Shown: positions 40,057 through 49,377, counted from the stretch's first letter. The stretch: DNA of 64,000 nucleotides from Bacilli bacterium (GCA_050953065.1 JBMNLZ010000002.1:416001-480000), one strand, 5' to 3'. A program made the numbers and translations. Notes: generated by a model not told the origin, from the sequence alone.

Positions 40057-40473
40057 ATGAGAATTTTAGTGATTGATGGACAAGGTGGAAAACTAGGAGC
40101 TGAAGTTATTAATTTAATTAAAAATAAGTTTGAAAAATTTGAAATTATAGCGGTTGGAACAAATGCTTTAGCAACGCAGGCCATGTTAAAGGCTGGTGCT
40201 AGTGTTGTTGCAACAGGAGAAAATCCAGTTGTAGTGAATGCAAAAAAAGTCGATGTTATTATAGGACCTTTAGGAATTGTGATTGCTGATGCTTTTCATG
40301 GCGAGGTTACTCCTAAAATGGCTTTAGCAGTAGCTCAAGCTGAAGTTAAAAGAATTTTTATTCCAATGAATAAATGTGATAATATTGTGGCTGGACTAAC
40401 TAATCAAACAATGGGTGATATCTTAGAAGATATTATAAAACATCTTGACACAATTTATAAAGATATGGTATAA
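40057..40473 (+). CDS. DUF3842 family protein
   Basis: VIDGQGG, AVGTNALAT..MLKAGA, ATGENP, GEVTPKMA; start after AAGGAG. Confidence 0.85.
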   Translation: MRILVIDGQGGKLGAEVINLIKNKFEKFEIIAVGTNALATQAMLKAGASVVATGENPVVVNAKKVDVIIGPLGIVIADAFHGEVTPKMALAVAQAEVKRIFIPMNKCDNIVAGLTNQTMGDILEDIIKHLDTIYKDMV

Positions 40474-40474
40474 T
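40445..40474 (+). promoter_or_regulatory. Consensus SigA promoter inside the 3' end of the DUF3842 gene
   Basis: TTGACA-N18-TATAAT with an extended TG. Confidence 0.75.
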
Positions 40475-40535
40475 CGGTTTTGTAAGCAAGAAGCTTATCT
40501 AAAGTACTGAAGTACATAAATAAAAAAGTATCATG

Positions 40536-40566
40536 AAGGTGCCAATTTTTTTGGTACCTTATTTTT
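40536..40566 (+). terminator. Terminator-like hairpin in the leader of the ECF S-component gene (possible attenuator)
   Basis: AAGGTGCCAA-T5-TTGGTACCTT followed by ATTTTT, just before the RBS. Confidence 0.65.
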
Positions 40567-40584
40567 ATGGGAGGAGAATAAAAA

Positions 40585-41184
40585 ATGAGTAAAAGAAGTA
40601 AATTAATTTTAAGAATATCTTTATCGGGTATGTTTTTAGCACTGGCTATGGTATTACCACTTTTAACTGGCCAAATTCCAGAAATTGGTCAAAAACTTTC
40701 ACCAATGCATATACCGGTTTTAATATGTGGTTTTATTTGTGGGTGGCCGTATGGTTTGGCGGTTGGATTTTTTGCACCATTATTGAGATTTTTAATTTTT
40801 GGAATGCCACCAATTTATCCATATGGTTTAGCGATGGCATTTGAAATGGCAGTTTATGGACTTTTAACTGGAATACTTTATGTAGTATTTGTTAAAAGGA
40901 ATGTAAACAATCTTTTTGCAATCTATGTTACTTTAATAGTTTCTATGCTAGCTGGTAGAATGGTGTGGGGAGTTGTAAGATATCTAATAGCTGTTTTAGA
41001 TGGAACAATGGTTTTCACGTTTAAAATGTTTATGGGAGGAGCTTTTATTAATGCTTGGCCTGGAATTATCCTACATATAATTTTAATACCAGCTATTTTA
41101 CTGGCACTAGATAAAGCTAATTTATTAAACAAACTGAACTTACCAGAAGAAGAAATAACTTTTGAAGAACAAGAGGAAAAGTAA
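40585..41184 (+). CDS. ECF transporter S component (substrate unknown)
   Basis: LPLLTGQIPEIG, PMHIPVLICG, GMPP.YP, AMAFE; about 5-6 TM helices. Confidence 0.88.
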   Translation: MSKRSKLILRISLSGMFLALAMVLPLLTGQIPEIGQKLSPMHIPVLICGFICGWPYGLAVGFFAPLLRFLIFGMPPIYPYGLAMAFEMAVYGLLTGILYVVFVKRNVNNLFAIYVTLIVSMLAGRMVWGVVRYLIAVLDGTMVFTFKMFMGGAFINAWPGIILHIILIPAILLALDKANLLNKLNLPEEEITFEEQEEK

Positions 41185-41196
41185 AAGGAGAGAATA

Positions 41197-41240
41197 AAAA
41201 CTTCCTTTAGGTTAAAAACTTAAGGGAAGTTTTTATTTTT
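41197..41240 (+). terminator. Intrinsic terminator
   Basis: AAAACTTCCTTTAG...TTAAGGGAAGTTTT followed by Ts. Confidence 0.7.
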
Positions 41241-41318
41241 TTAAAAGTAAAACAATTATTTCTTTTATATTAGTTTAAAAAATGGTAAAATAATAAAGTA
41301 AAGAAAAGAGCGTAGAAT

Positions 41319-42620
41319 ATGAAAACATTAAAAGTTGGAAAAGATTATAATATGGAAATTACTTCTCTTACGCATGAGGGCTTAGGTGTAGGTAGAATTG
41401 ATGAGATTGCGGTATTTGTTTATAACGCTTTAGTAGGAGAAGAAACAGTTATAACTATTACTGAAGTGAAAAAGAGTTTTTGTTTTGGAAAAGTAAAACA
41501 AATAATTAAAAAAAGTCCTGATAGAGTAAAACCCGTTTGTTCATTATATGGAAGATGTGGAGGCTGCAATTTTATGCATTTAGCCTATGAAAGTCAATTA
41601 GAGGCTAAATTAGAGATATTTAAACAGATTTTAAAGCGCCTTGGGAAACTAGATTGTGTAAAGGTAGAAGAAGTGATTCCTGCAAGTAAAATATATAATT
41701 ACAGAAATAAAGTAGTTATTTTTTTCAAAGAAGTAAAAGGCGATATTATTTATGGCTTTTATAGAAGAGAGACTAATCAAATTGAAAGAATGGAAAAGTG
41801 TTTCTTGTTTAACGAGAAAATATCTAGTATTTTAAAAACGATTAAAGAGTTTATGTTAAAAGATCTTGAAAACAATTTTATTACAAGTGTTTCTTTTAGA
41901 AATAATGATAAAGATGAATTTATAGTAGGTTTAAATGTTTCAAGAAAGAAATCTCATTTTTTAAAAACTTTAACTGTAGAGCTTGTTGAAAAACATAAAA
42001 GTATTATTTCAATTGTTGTTTGTGAAGAAGAAAAGAATAAATATAATACACTTTTTGGAAAAGGTAGAATTAAGGAAAATATCTTAGGCTTCAATTATAA
42101 TATTTCAATTGATGATTTCTTTCAAACAAATAAAGAACAAACTGAAAAACTATATTCTAAAGTTTTAGAATATGCAGGAAATAATTTAGGGGTTGTTGTT
42201 GATGGGTATTGTGGGGTTGGAAGTATGACTCTACCTTTATCAAAAGTTTCAAAGAAAGTTTATGGAATTGAAATAAATGAAACTTCAGTAAATGATGCGA
42301 TTAGAAATAAAGAGATGAATAATGTAAATAATGTTCATTTTATTTTAGGAAAAACTGAAGAAAAGATTAAAGAAATTAGTGAAGAAATTGATTTAATTGT
42401 GATAGATCCTCCAAGAAAAGGATGCGATGCATCACTTTTAAATTCAATTATTTCTAAAAAAATAGAAAAGATAATTTATGTTTCATGTAATCCTGCAACT
42501 CTTGCAAGGGATTTAAGAGTCTTAAGTGATGAAGGATATGAAATAAAAGAGATTTCTTTGTTTGATATGTTTCCCAATACGACACATATTGAGACAGTAG
42601 TTTTGCTGACTAATAAATAG
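41319..42620 (+). CDS. rlmD: 23S rRNA (uracil-C5)-methyltransferase RlmD/RumA
   Basis: TRAM domain, C..YGRCGGC, FFQTN, YCGVG, DPPRKG, YVSCNPATLARD, DMFPNTTHIETV. Confidence 0.93.
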   Translation: MKTLKVGKDYNMEITSLTHEGLGVGRIDEIAVFVYNALVGEETVITITEVKKSFCFGKVKQIIKKSPDRVKPVCSLYGRCGGCNFMHLAYESQLEAKLEIFKQILKRLGKLDCVKVEEVIPASKIYNYRNKVVIFFKEVKGDIIYGFYRRETNQIERMEKCFLFNEKISSILKTIKEFMLKDLENNFITSVSFRNNDKDEFIVGLNVSRKKSHFLKTLTVELVEKHKSIISIVVCEEEKNKYNTLFGKGRIKENILGFNYNISIDDFFQTNKEQTEKLYSKVLEYAGNNLGVVVDGYCGVGSMTLPLSKVSKKVYGIEINETSVNDAIRNKEMNNVNNVHFILGKTEEKIKEISEEIDLIVIDPPRKGCDASLLNSIISKKIEKIIYVSCNPATLARDLRVLSDEGYEIKEISLFDMFPNTTHIETVVLLTNK

Positions 42621-42790
42621 TCCGAAAAAGCAAAAATAGGGTTAAGATTAGATATTTAAAGGTGTTTTAACCTAAAATTTGGACTTAAAGTTAATTCGTA
42701 CGATATTCAAAGTTTCTCAGCACTAGAGTTGTTTCAATTTAGGGGTGAAGCAACAAAGCGGAGATGTCCAAGGTAACTTTAAAATATTAA

Positions 42791-42924
42791 CAAATTCAAT
42801 CTAAATTAAGGGTAAGCATTTGCCCAAGATGTGATGGTATTTTAGTTGGACGTGAATGTAAGTATGGTAAGTTCTAATATGTTTAAATTATCCTAAATGT
42901 ATTTTTATACTTAATAAGAAGTAG
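42791..42924 (+). pseudogene. Remnant of a topoisomerase-type C4 zinc-ribbon domain (as at the C-terminus of NERD proteins)
   Basis: Translates ICPRCDGILVGRECKYGKF, then a stop/frameshift, then CLNYPKCIFILNKK*; no intact start. Confidence 0.7.
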
Positions 42925-42966
42925 GAAGGGAGAATTTTATGACGATGAATCCTAAAAAGATTTTAG

Positions 42967-43590
42967 ATGATATTAGATTATAGCAAGAACAAATATAAAA
43001 AGGACATTTCATCTATAGCTAATCAAAAAGAAAAACAAATGACAGATGAAATTGTTGAAAAATTAAAGAAATATAATTTAAGCATTGAAACTAATTATAA
43101 AATTAAAAATGGAACTAAAGATTTAGCCGAATATGACATGCTGGCGTTTGATAACGAAAAAAATGATTTGTATATTTGTGAATTCGAATGGTATTTTGTT
43201 GGAGATGGCGAAAAAGAACATAAGAGACTCGATGATAAAATTAAGGAAGCAATCAAACATCGACATAATAAAAATAAATATATTTTGGATAATCCACAAA
43301 AAATATGTGATGAATTATTTGATAAGAAAAAGGTTAATAACGTTTATGAAATATTAATTTCTCAGAACTTTAGTGGTACGTCAAAACATGATATGACAGT
43401 TATTGATTTTGAAACTCTACAATGGAGCATTGAAAGGTATGAAATATTTAAAGAGTTAATGGGTTATTTCTTAACTGGAGAATATAGAGAATCAATACCT
43501 GTTGAAGATATAATTGTAGATGCTGAAATAGAGGGCTATAAATTCAGATTTTATCGTATGTGTATAAGTAATAATAATGGGAGGATATAA
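42967..43590 (+). CDS. Probable truncated protein with a PD-(D/E)xK-like motif
   Basis: EYDMLAFD...LYICEFEW; the only good RBS (GGGAG, about 42928) drives an out-of-frame 14-codon ORF at 42939. Confidence 0.5.
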   Translation: MILDYSKNKYKKDISSIANQKEKQMTDEIVEKLKKYNLSIETNYKIKNGTKDLAEYDMLAFDNEKNDLYICEFEWYFVGDGEKEHKRLDDKIKEAIKHRHNKNKYILDNPQKICDELFDKKKVNNVYEILISQNFSGTSKHDMTVIDFETLQWSIERYEIFKELMGYFLTGEYRESIPVEDIIVDAEIEGYKFRFYRMCISNNNGRI

Positions 43591-43594
43591 TAGT

Positions 43595-43996
43595 ATGAAA
43601 AAAGTATTAAAATTATTTGTTGTTTGTAATTTGTTTTTGTTTTTATTTTGTTTAACATCCTGTGTTTCAACTGGTGATTTGATGGGAAATAATCCAACTA
43701 GTAACTCAACAGTTGAAACAATGAAAAAGCATACAGTTCGATTGACGATGGACAATTACCAAACATACATTGAAATTAGGGGAATATCTGGAGAATCAGC
43801 AACAACTTTTAATTTCGAAGGTGCATTATCTTATGCTTATTATGACAATGTGGTAATAAGTTATAAAGTTAACGGTGAACCAAGAGAAACAAAGTTAAAT
43901 GCTGGTGGATATGGTAGATATTATTCGTCATTAAGAATGGCATCAAGCACTGCAGAAATTATTGGTGTTTCAGGCAGCGTAATCTATTGGATGTAA
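43595..43996 (+). CDS. Small lipoprotein of unknown function
   Basis: RBS GGAGG; lipobox LTSC. Confidence 0.75.
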   Translation: MKKVLKLFVVCNLFLFLFCLTSCVSTGDLMGNNPTSNSTVETMKKHTVRLTMDNYQTYIEIRGISGESATTFNFEGALSYAYYDNVVISYKVNGEPRETKLNAGGYGRYYSSLRMASSTAEIIGVSGSVIYWM

Positions 43997-44105
43997 GTAA
44001 TTTATCAGCATTAAATTTTATTGCATCCATATAAAAGGTGTATCTTATTAACAACAAAAAACAAATAAAAATTATAGTGTCTTTACTTTCTTTTAAAAAT
44101 AGTTA

Positions 44106-44155
44106 TTGACATATGCCAAAAATGGTGTATAATAAAAGTAGATGGCATATGCCAT
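44106..44155 (+). promoter_or_regulatory. SigA promoter overlapped by two TGRCATATGCCA palindromic boxes
   Basis: TTGACA-N16-TATAAT; TTGACATATGCCAA at 44106-44119; perfect ATGGCATATGCCAT at 44142-44155. Confidence 0.75.
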
Positions 44156-44177
44156 AAACTATTAAGGAGGTGAAAAC

Positions 44178-44447
44178 ATGCCAAGAAGAGATGGTACTGG
44201 TCCTATGGGTTTAGGTTCAATGACTGGAAGAGGCTTAGGTAATTGTGAGGTTTCAAAAGAAGGAGCAACTCTTGGAATGGGTTATGGATTTGGTCGAGCT
44301 TGCAGACGCGGAATGGGGCGTGGGGCAGGTAGAGGTATGCTAATTAATCAAAATCCTTCTAAAACACAAAAAGAATGGCTAGAAGAACAAAAAGAGTTTT
44401 TAGAAAAAAGACTTGAAGTTATTGATAAAGAACTAAAGGATCTATAA
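44178..44447 (+). CDS. DUF5320 family Gly/Arg-rich protein
   Basis: MPRRDGTGPMG..TGRGLGNC, G/R-rich middle, C-terminal coiled coil. Confidence 0.85.
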   Translation: MPRRDGTGPMGLGSMTGRGLGNCEVSKEGATLGMGYGFGRACRRGMGRGAGRGMLINQNPSKTQKEWLEEQKEFLEKRLEVIDKELKDL

Positions 44448-44453
44448 AGAGTA

Positions 44454-44490
44454 TTTTAAAATAACCAGAGATTCTCTGGTTATTTTAAAA
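44454..44490. repeat. Perfect 17-bp inverted repeat
   Basis: TTTTAAAATAACCAGAG-ATT-CTCTGGTTATTTTAAAA. Confidence 0.85.
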
Positions 44491-44507
44491 ATAAATGGAG
44501 GTAAGAT

Positions 44508-44891
44508 ATGGCAAGACCTAGAAAATTTAGAAATGTTTGTGGGTTACCAAAACAAAAAAAATTTGGACCTCTTGATTTTCCAGTTGATGGGGATTATATA
44601 AATATGACTGTAGATGAATATGAAGTTATTAGACTTATTGATCTAGAAGGGTTTAATCAAGAAGAAGCAGCCAAACAAATGAATGTTGCTAGAAGTACAG
44701 TTCAAGGAATTTATGTTGAAGCAAGAAAAAAGTTAGCAGAATCTTTAGTAAATGGTAAGGCTCTTTTAATAGAAGGTGGAGAATATCGTTTGTGTGATGG
44801 GTTTGGTAATAGATGCGGAAGAGGTTGTCATAGGAAAAGACGTGGAAGAGGATTTAATGATGATAATAATTTTGAAGGAGGTAATTTATGA
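44508..44891 (+). CDS. DUF134 family HTH DNA-binding protein
   Basis: [37 protein letters not shown]. Confidence 0.9.
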   Translation: MARPRKFRNVCGLPKQKKFGPLDFPVDGDYINMTVDEYEVIRLIDLEGFNQEEAAKQMNVARSTVQGIYVEARKKLAESLVNGKALLIEGGEYRLCDGFGNRCGRGCHRKRRGRGFNDDNNFEGGNL

Positions 44892-45256
44892 AAATAGTAA
44901 TTCCGGTAGATGAAAAAAAGATAGAATCAAATGTATGTATATCTTTTGGTAGAGCACCTTATTTTCTTATTTATGATGTAGAAAACAAACAAAGTGTATT
45001 TATTGATAATAGTGCAGCGATAAGTACAAGAGGTGCAGGAATAAAAGCTGCTCAAATAATCGTTGATAATAAAGCAAATGTTTTAATAACACCACGCTTA
45101 GGAGAGAATGCAGCTGATGTTTTAAACCATAGTGAAGTAAAAATTTATAAAGCTTTAGATGCTAATGCAAAAGATAATATTGCTGCATTTTTAGCAGGAA
45201 AGCTTTCTTTGCTTGATGATGTTCATGCAGGATTTCATATGCATGAGGCGAAATAA
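44888..45256 (+). CDS. NifB/NifX-family (FeMo-cofactor-binding fold) protein
   Basis: [23 protein letters not shown]. Confidence 0.85.
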   Translation: MKIVIPVDEKKIESNVCISFGRAPYFLIYDVENKQSVFIDNSAAISTRGAGIKAAQIIVDNKANVLITPRLGENAADVLNHSEVKIYKALDANAKDNIAAFLAGKLSLLDDVHAGFHMHEAK

Positions 45257-45257
45257 T

Positions 45258-46121
45258 ATGAGGCTAGCTGTCTTAAGTGGAAAAGGTGGGACAGGGAAGA
45301 CATTAGTATCGGTGAATTTAGCAGCATTATTAAAAGAGGCTATTTATATAGATTGTGATGTAGAAGAACCAAATGGACATTTGTTTTTTAAACCAGATAT
45401 TTTAGAAGAAGAAGAAATATTAGTAAAAATTCCAGAAGTAGATAAAAACTTATGTACTGGTTGTAGAAAGTGCGTTGAATTTTGTATGTTTAATGCTCTT
45501 GCTTATATTAAAGATAGACTTCTTGTTTTTAATGAGGTTTGTCATTCTTGTGGGGGCTGTCTTTTGGTTTGCCCTGAAAAAGCTTTAACTGAAAAAAATA
45601 AGGTTATTGGTCAGGTTAAAAAAGGAGTTTCAGAAGAAGTTATTATATATTCAGGGATTCTAAATACAGGTGAAGCATCAGGAGTTCCTATTATTAAGAG
45701 ACTACTTTCAAAGAATAATTTAAAAACAGATAAACCTATTATTATAGATTGTCCTCCTGGTAGTGCTTGCATCGTAATGGAAAGTATTAAAGATGCAGAC
45801 TTTTGTATCTTAGTAACTGAACCAACATTGTTTGGTGTTCATAATCTTAATATGGTATATGAACTAGTTAAGTTATTTAATAAACCATTTGGAGTAGTTA
45901 TTAATAAATGTTTAAATGAAAAAAATCCAGCTGAAGAATTTTGTTTAGAAAAAGGTCTTAAGATTTTAGGTAAAATACCATTTGATAAGGATTTAGGATT
46001 ATTAAATTCAAATGCTGAAATTGTTGTTAGAAAAACTGATAAATATAAGGAAATGTTTTCTTCCTTACTTAAAACAGTAATAAAGGAGGTAAAGCATAAT
46101 GAAACAACTATTGATTCTTAG
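45258..46121 (+). CDS. MinD-like P-loop ATPase with an inserted 2x[4Fe-4S] ferredoxin domain
   Basis: SGKGGTGKT, DCDVEEPN, CTGCRKC...C, CHSCGGC...CP, DCPPG. Confidence 0.88.
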   Translation: MRLAVLSGKGGTGKTLVSVNLAALLKEAIYIDCDVEEPNGHLFFKPDILEEEEILVKIPEVDKNLCTGCRKCVEFCMFNALAYIKDRLLVFNEVCHSCGGCLLVCPEKALTEKNKVIGQVKKGVSEEVIIYSGILNTGEASGVPIIKRLLSKNNLKTDKPIIIDCPPGSACIVMESIKDADFCILVTEPTLFGVHNLNMVYELVKLFNKPFGVVINKCLNEKNPAEEFCLEKGLKILGKIPFDKDLGLLNSNAEIVVRKTDKYKEMFSSLLKTVIKEVKHNETTIDS

Positions 46122-46962
46122 TGGTAAAGGTGGTACAGGAAAGACAACTATTGCAAGTGCTTTTATAAGGTTAGCTAATGCTAAAGCATATGCAGATTGT
46201 GATGTAGATGCACCTAATCTACACCTTATTAGTAGTTGGGAAACAAATCCTAAAAAAAGTGATTATTATGGATTACCAAAGGCAGAAATAAATTCTAATT
46301 TATGTATTCAGTGTGGAGAGTGTTTTAAAAATTGTCGCTTTGATGCTATTATAGAAGACAGGGAATATAAAGTAGATTCTTTTGCATGTGAGGGCTGTGC
46401 AGTTTGTGAGTTTGTTTGTCCAGTTGGTGCGATAAAGATGGTACCAGATGTTGCTGGAGAATTGATGCTTTATTTAGAAAAGGAAAAAGTATTTTCAACT
46501 GCTAAATTAAAGATGGGAAGTGGTACTTCTGGGTTATTAGTAAAAGAAGTAAAAAAACAAATGACATCAGTAGATGTAGGCGCTACTTTTTCAATTATTG
46601 ATGGTTCTCCCGGTATAGGTTGTCCTGTTATAGCATCTTTGAGTGGTGTTGATATGGTATTAGTTGTAGCAGAACCTTCTATTTCAGGAATTACTGATAT
46701 GGAACGTATTATAAAAACAGCTCTAAATTTTAGAATAAAGATAGCAGTTTGTATAAATAAATATGATACTAATCTTGAAAATTCTTTAAAAATTGAAGAG
46801 TTTTGTAATAAAAATAAACTATTCTTTATTGGTAAGATTCCTTTTGATACTAGTGCTATAAAAGCTATTAATAACGGAAAAAGTATTGTTGATATAATTT
46901 GTACTTCAGGAGAAGCAGTTAAGGGGATTTATCAAAAAGCAATAGATTTGCTTTTTAATTAA
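46099..46962 (+). CDS. Second MinD-like P-loop ATPase with a ferredoxin domain
   Basis: SGKGGTGKT, DCDVDAPN, CIQCGEC...C, CEGCAVC...CP, DGSPGIGCPV. Confidence 0.88.
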   Translation: MKQLLILSGKGGTGKTTIASAFIRLANAKAYADCDVDAPNLHLISSWETNPKKSDYYGLPKAEINSNLCIQCGECFKNCRFDAIIEDREYKVDSFACEGCAVCEFVCPVGAIKMVPDVAGELMLYLEKEKVFSTAKLKMGSGTSGLLVKEVKKQMTSVDVGATFSIIDGSPGIGCPVIASLSGVDMVLVVAEPSISGITDMERIIKTALNFRIKIAVCINKYDTNLENSLKIEEFCNKNKLFFIGKIPFDTSAIKAINNGKSIVDIICTSGEAVKGIYQKAIDLLFN

Positions 46963-46979
46963 AAAAGGCGGTTAAATTT

Positions 46980-47804
46980 ATGCTTATAAAAGTTTTAGTA
47001 GAAAATACTACTCTTACAAATGATTTTAAAAGTGAACATGGTTTTAGTTTATACATAGAAACAAAAAATAAAAAAATTTTATTTGATGTTGGTGCAAGTG
47101 GTTTGTTTTTAGAAAATGCAAAAAAGCTAGATGTAGATATTTCTAAGGTTGATTATTTGATAATCTCACATGGCCATTATGACCATGGAGGAGGTTTAAA
47201 AACTTTTTTAAAAGAAAATAAAAAAGCAAAAGTTTTTATTCATCACCTTGCTTTTGAAAAATATTATGCAAGACGCTTAAATGATAAGTTAGAATTCATT
47301 GGGCTTGATGAAAGTCTAAAAGAAAACAAACAAATTATATTTACATCAAATATTTTTAATATTAATGATGAAATTAAACTTTTTTCTAATGTTTTTAAAA
47401 AAGATGGACCTTTAAAATCAAATAGTGGTTTATTTAAAGAAAATAAAGGTGAAAAGATAATTGATAAATTTGAACACGAACAAAATCTTGTGATAAAAGA
47501 TGAAGATAAAACTTTGTTAATTACAGGTTGTGCTCATAATGGAATTGTAAATATTTTAGAGCATTATTATCAAATGAAAGGCAAGATGCCTAATTATGTA
47601 ATAGGTGGTTTTCATCTTTTTAGTCGATCTGGTGGAATGGAAGATCTTAATAGAATAGAAAATATTGCTAAATATTTAAATAAAACAAAAGCAAAGTTTT
47701 ATACTTGTCATTGTACAGGTGAAGAACCATATAAAATACTAAAAAATATTATGAAGGATAATATAGATTATTTATCAACAGGTAGTGTTAATATTTTAAA
47801 ATGA
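46980..47804 (+). CDS. MBL-fold metallo-hydrolase
   Basis: EHGFSL, SHGHYDHGGG, TGCAHNG, GGFHL, CHCTG. Confidence 0.88.
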   Translation: MLIKVLVENTTLTNDFKSEHGFSLYIETKNKKILFDVGASGLFLENAKKLDVDISKVDYLIISHGHYDHGGGLKTFLKENKKAKVFIHHLAFEKYYARRLNDKLEFIGLDESLKENKQIIFTSNIFNINDEIKLFSNVFKKDGPLKSNSGLFKENKGEKIIDKFEHEQNLVIKDEDKTLLITGCAHNGIVNILEHYYQMKGKMPNYVIGGFHLFSRSGGMEDLNRIENIAKYLNKTKAKFYTCHCTGEEPYKILKNIMKDNIDYLSTGSVNILK

Positions 47805-47817
47805 AAAGGAGGAAAAT

Positions 47818-48177
47818 ATGAAAAAAATTGCAGTAGCAAGTGAAAAGGAAATGGTAGCAGGCCATTTTGGACATTGTGAGAACTTTAATATTTATACAGT
47901 TGACAACAACAATATAGTTAAAGTAGAATCAATTCCAAACCCAGGACATCGCCCGGGATTCTTACCGAACTTCTTAAATGATTTAGGAGTAAAGGTTATT
48001 ATATCAGGAGGTATGGGAGGTGGAGCTATTGATATTTTTAATGAAAAAAATATTGAAGTAGTAGTTGGTGCAAGTGGTAATGCAAAAACAGTAGTAGAAT
48101 CATATTTAAAAGGGTCTTTAAAATCAAGTGGAACTATTTGTCGTGATCATAAACATAGTGATAAATGTGGATTATGA
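47818..48177 (+). CDS. NifB/NifX-family protein with a Cys/His-rich tail
   Basis: HFGHCE, PNPGH.PG.LP, ISGGMG, CRDHKH..C. Confidence 0.87.
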   Translation: MKKIAVASEKEMVAGHFGHCENFNIYTVDNNNIVKVESIPNPGHRPGFLPNFLNDLGVKVIISGGMGGGAIDIFNEKNIEVVVGASGNAKTVVESYLKGSLKSSGTICRDHKHSDKCGL

Positions 48178-48204
48178 AATAATTTAAGCAAAGAGTAAAA
48201 AAAC

Positions 48205-48462
48205 ATGAATTATGTTTATATTGTAGAATGTAGAGATAAAACATATTATACAGGTTGGACTAATGATTTAGAAAAAAGACTTGATGCTCATAATAAAGGG
48301 TTAGGTGCAAAATATACTAAAGCAAGACTACCTTTAAAACTTAAATATTATGAAGAGTTTAATACAAAAGAAGAAGCAATGAAAAGAGAATATGAAATAA
48401 AACAGATGACAAGGAAAGAAAAAGAATTGCTAATTAATAAAAATAAGAAAAAGATATTTTGA
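48205..48462 (+). CDS. GIY-YIG nuclease family protein (UPF0213/YazA-like)
   Basis: [33 protein letters not shown]. Confidence 0.88.
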   Translation: MNYVYIVECRDKTYYTGWTNDLEKRLDAHNKGLGAKYTKARLPLKLKYYEEFNTKEEAMKREYEIKQMTRKEKELLINKNKKKIF

Positions 48463-48596
48463 CTTTTAATGCAAAATATCTTTTTTTATTTTTCTTTTAA
48501 ATACTTTTCAAACAAGTTTAATTTAATTGTAAAAAAATATTAAAAATATTATACAAATTAAAGGCTAACTTATTACAAATAACGCTCTTTTACCAA

Positions 48597-48625
48597 TTGC
48601 AAATTGCCGAGTGAAATGATATAAT
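48597..48625 (+). promoter_or_regulatory. SigA promoter of the atp operon
   Basis: TTGCAA-N17-TATAAT with an extended TG. Confidence 0.65.
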
Positions 48626-48654
48626 AACAATAGAGTGTTTGAAGGAGAAACTTA

Positions 48655-49377
48655 ATGAATAAGGTTATTCTATTAAGCGCCATTGGCGACAGATTAAAAG
48701 GAGCAATGCTTCCTGAAAAAGTTGACTTTTTCGGGATAAAGGTGGGTCCGAGTTTATTTTCGGCCTTTTTTGTTACTGCCTTAATAATTTTAGTTTGCTT
48801 GATTATTAGAATTTTCTTTATAAGAAAGTTTTCTGATAAACCAGGTAGATTCCAAGTTGCTCTAGAGGGGATAGTTAATTTCTTTGAAGGTATTACTAAT
48901 GATTCTATTCATAAATATAAAGATTTTATAACCTGCTATGTTTTTACAGCAGCGATGTATATTTGTCTTGGAACCTGTTTAGAATTATGGGGCTTAAGAC
49001 CAGTCTTAAGTGATATTAATGCATGTATTGGAATGGCACTTTTTACATATGGACAACTGGTCATTTATAGCCTTTTAAATAAAGGTATAATAAAAGGTGC
49101 TTTTAATTCCTTGAAAGAAATAACCGTTGCAGTCTCATTCTCGTTTCGTTTGTTTGGTAGTATCTTAAGCGGTTTTCTAATAATGGAGTTAGTTTATTCA
49201 ATAATTTATATTTCGTTTGTAATTCCTGCTTTCCTACACGTAGTCTTTACACTCTTCCATGCCTTTATTCAAGCTTACGTGTTTGCGATGTTATCCTCAC
49301 TTTTTTTAGGTGAAGCGATTGGTGAAAAAGAAATAATGGTTGAAAGTCCAAAAAAAATGAATTTAAGTAATATATAA
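48655..49377 (+). CDS. atpB: F0 ATP synthase subunit a
   Basis: PGRFQ, SFSFRLFG (essential Arg), IQAYVFAML. Confidence 0.9.
   Translation: MNKVILLSAIGDRLKGAMLPEKVDFFGIKVGPSLFSAFFVTALIILVCLIIRIFFIRKFSDKPGRFQVALEGIVNFFEGITNDSIHKYKDFITCYVFTAAMYICLGTCLELWGLRPVLSDINACIGMALFTYGQLVIYSLLNKGIIKGAFNSLKEITVAVSFSFRLFGSILSGFLIMELVYSIIYISFVIPAFLHVVFTLFHAFIQAYVFAMLSSLFLGEAIGEKEIMVESPKKMNLSNI

Noticed and set aside
44888-48177. Nitrogen fixation genes
   Set aside because: Only small NifX-fold proteins are present; no nifH, nifD, nifK or radical-SAM NifB
48205-48462. Homing endonuclease or mobile GIY-YIG element
   Set aside because: An 85-aa stand-alone UPF0213-type protein with no intron context or DNA-binding extension
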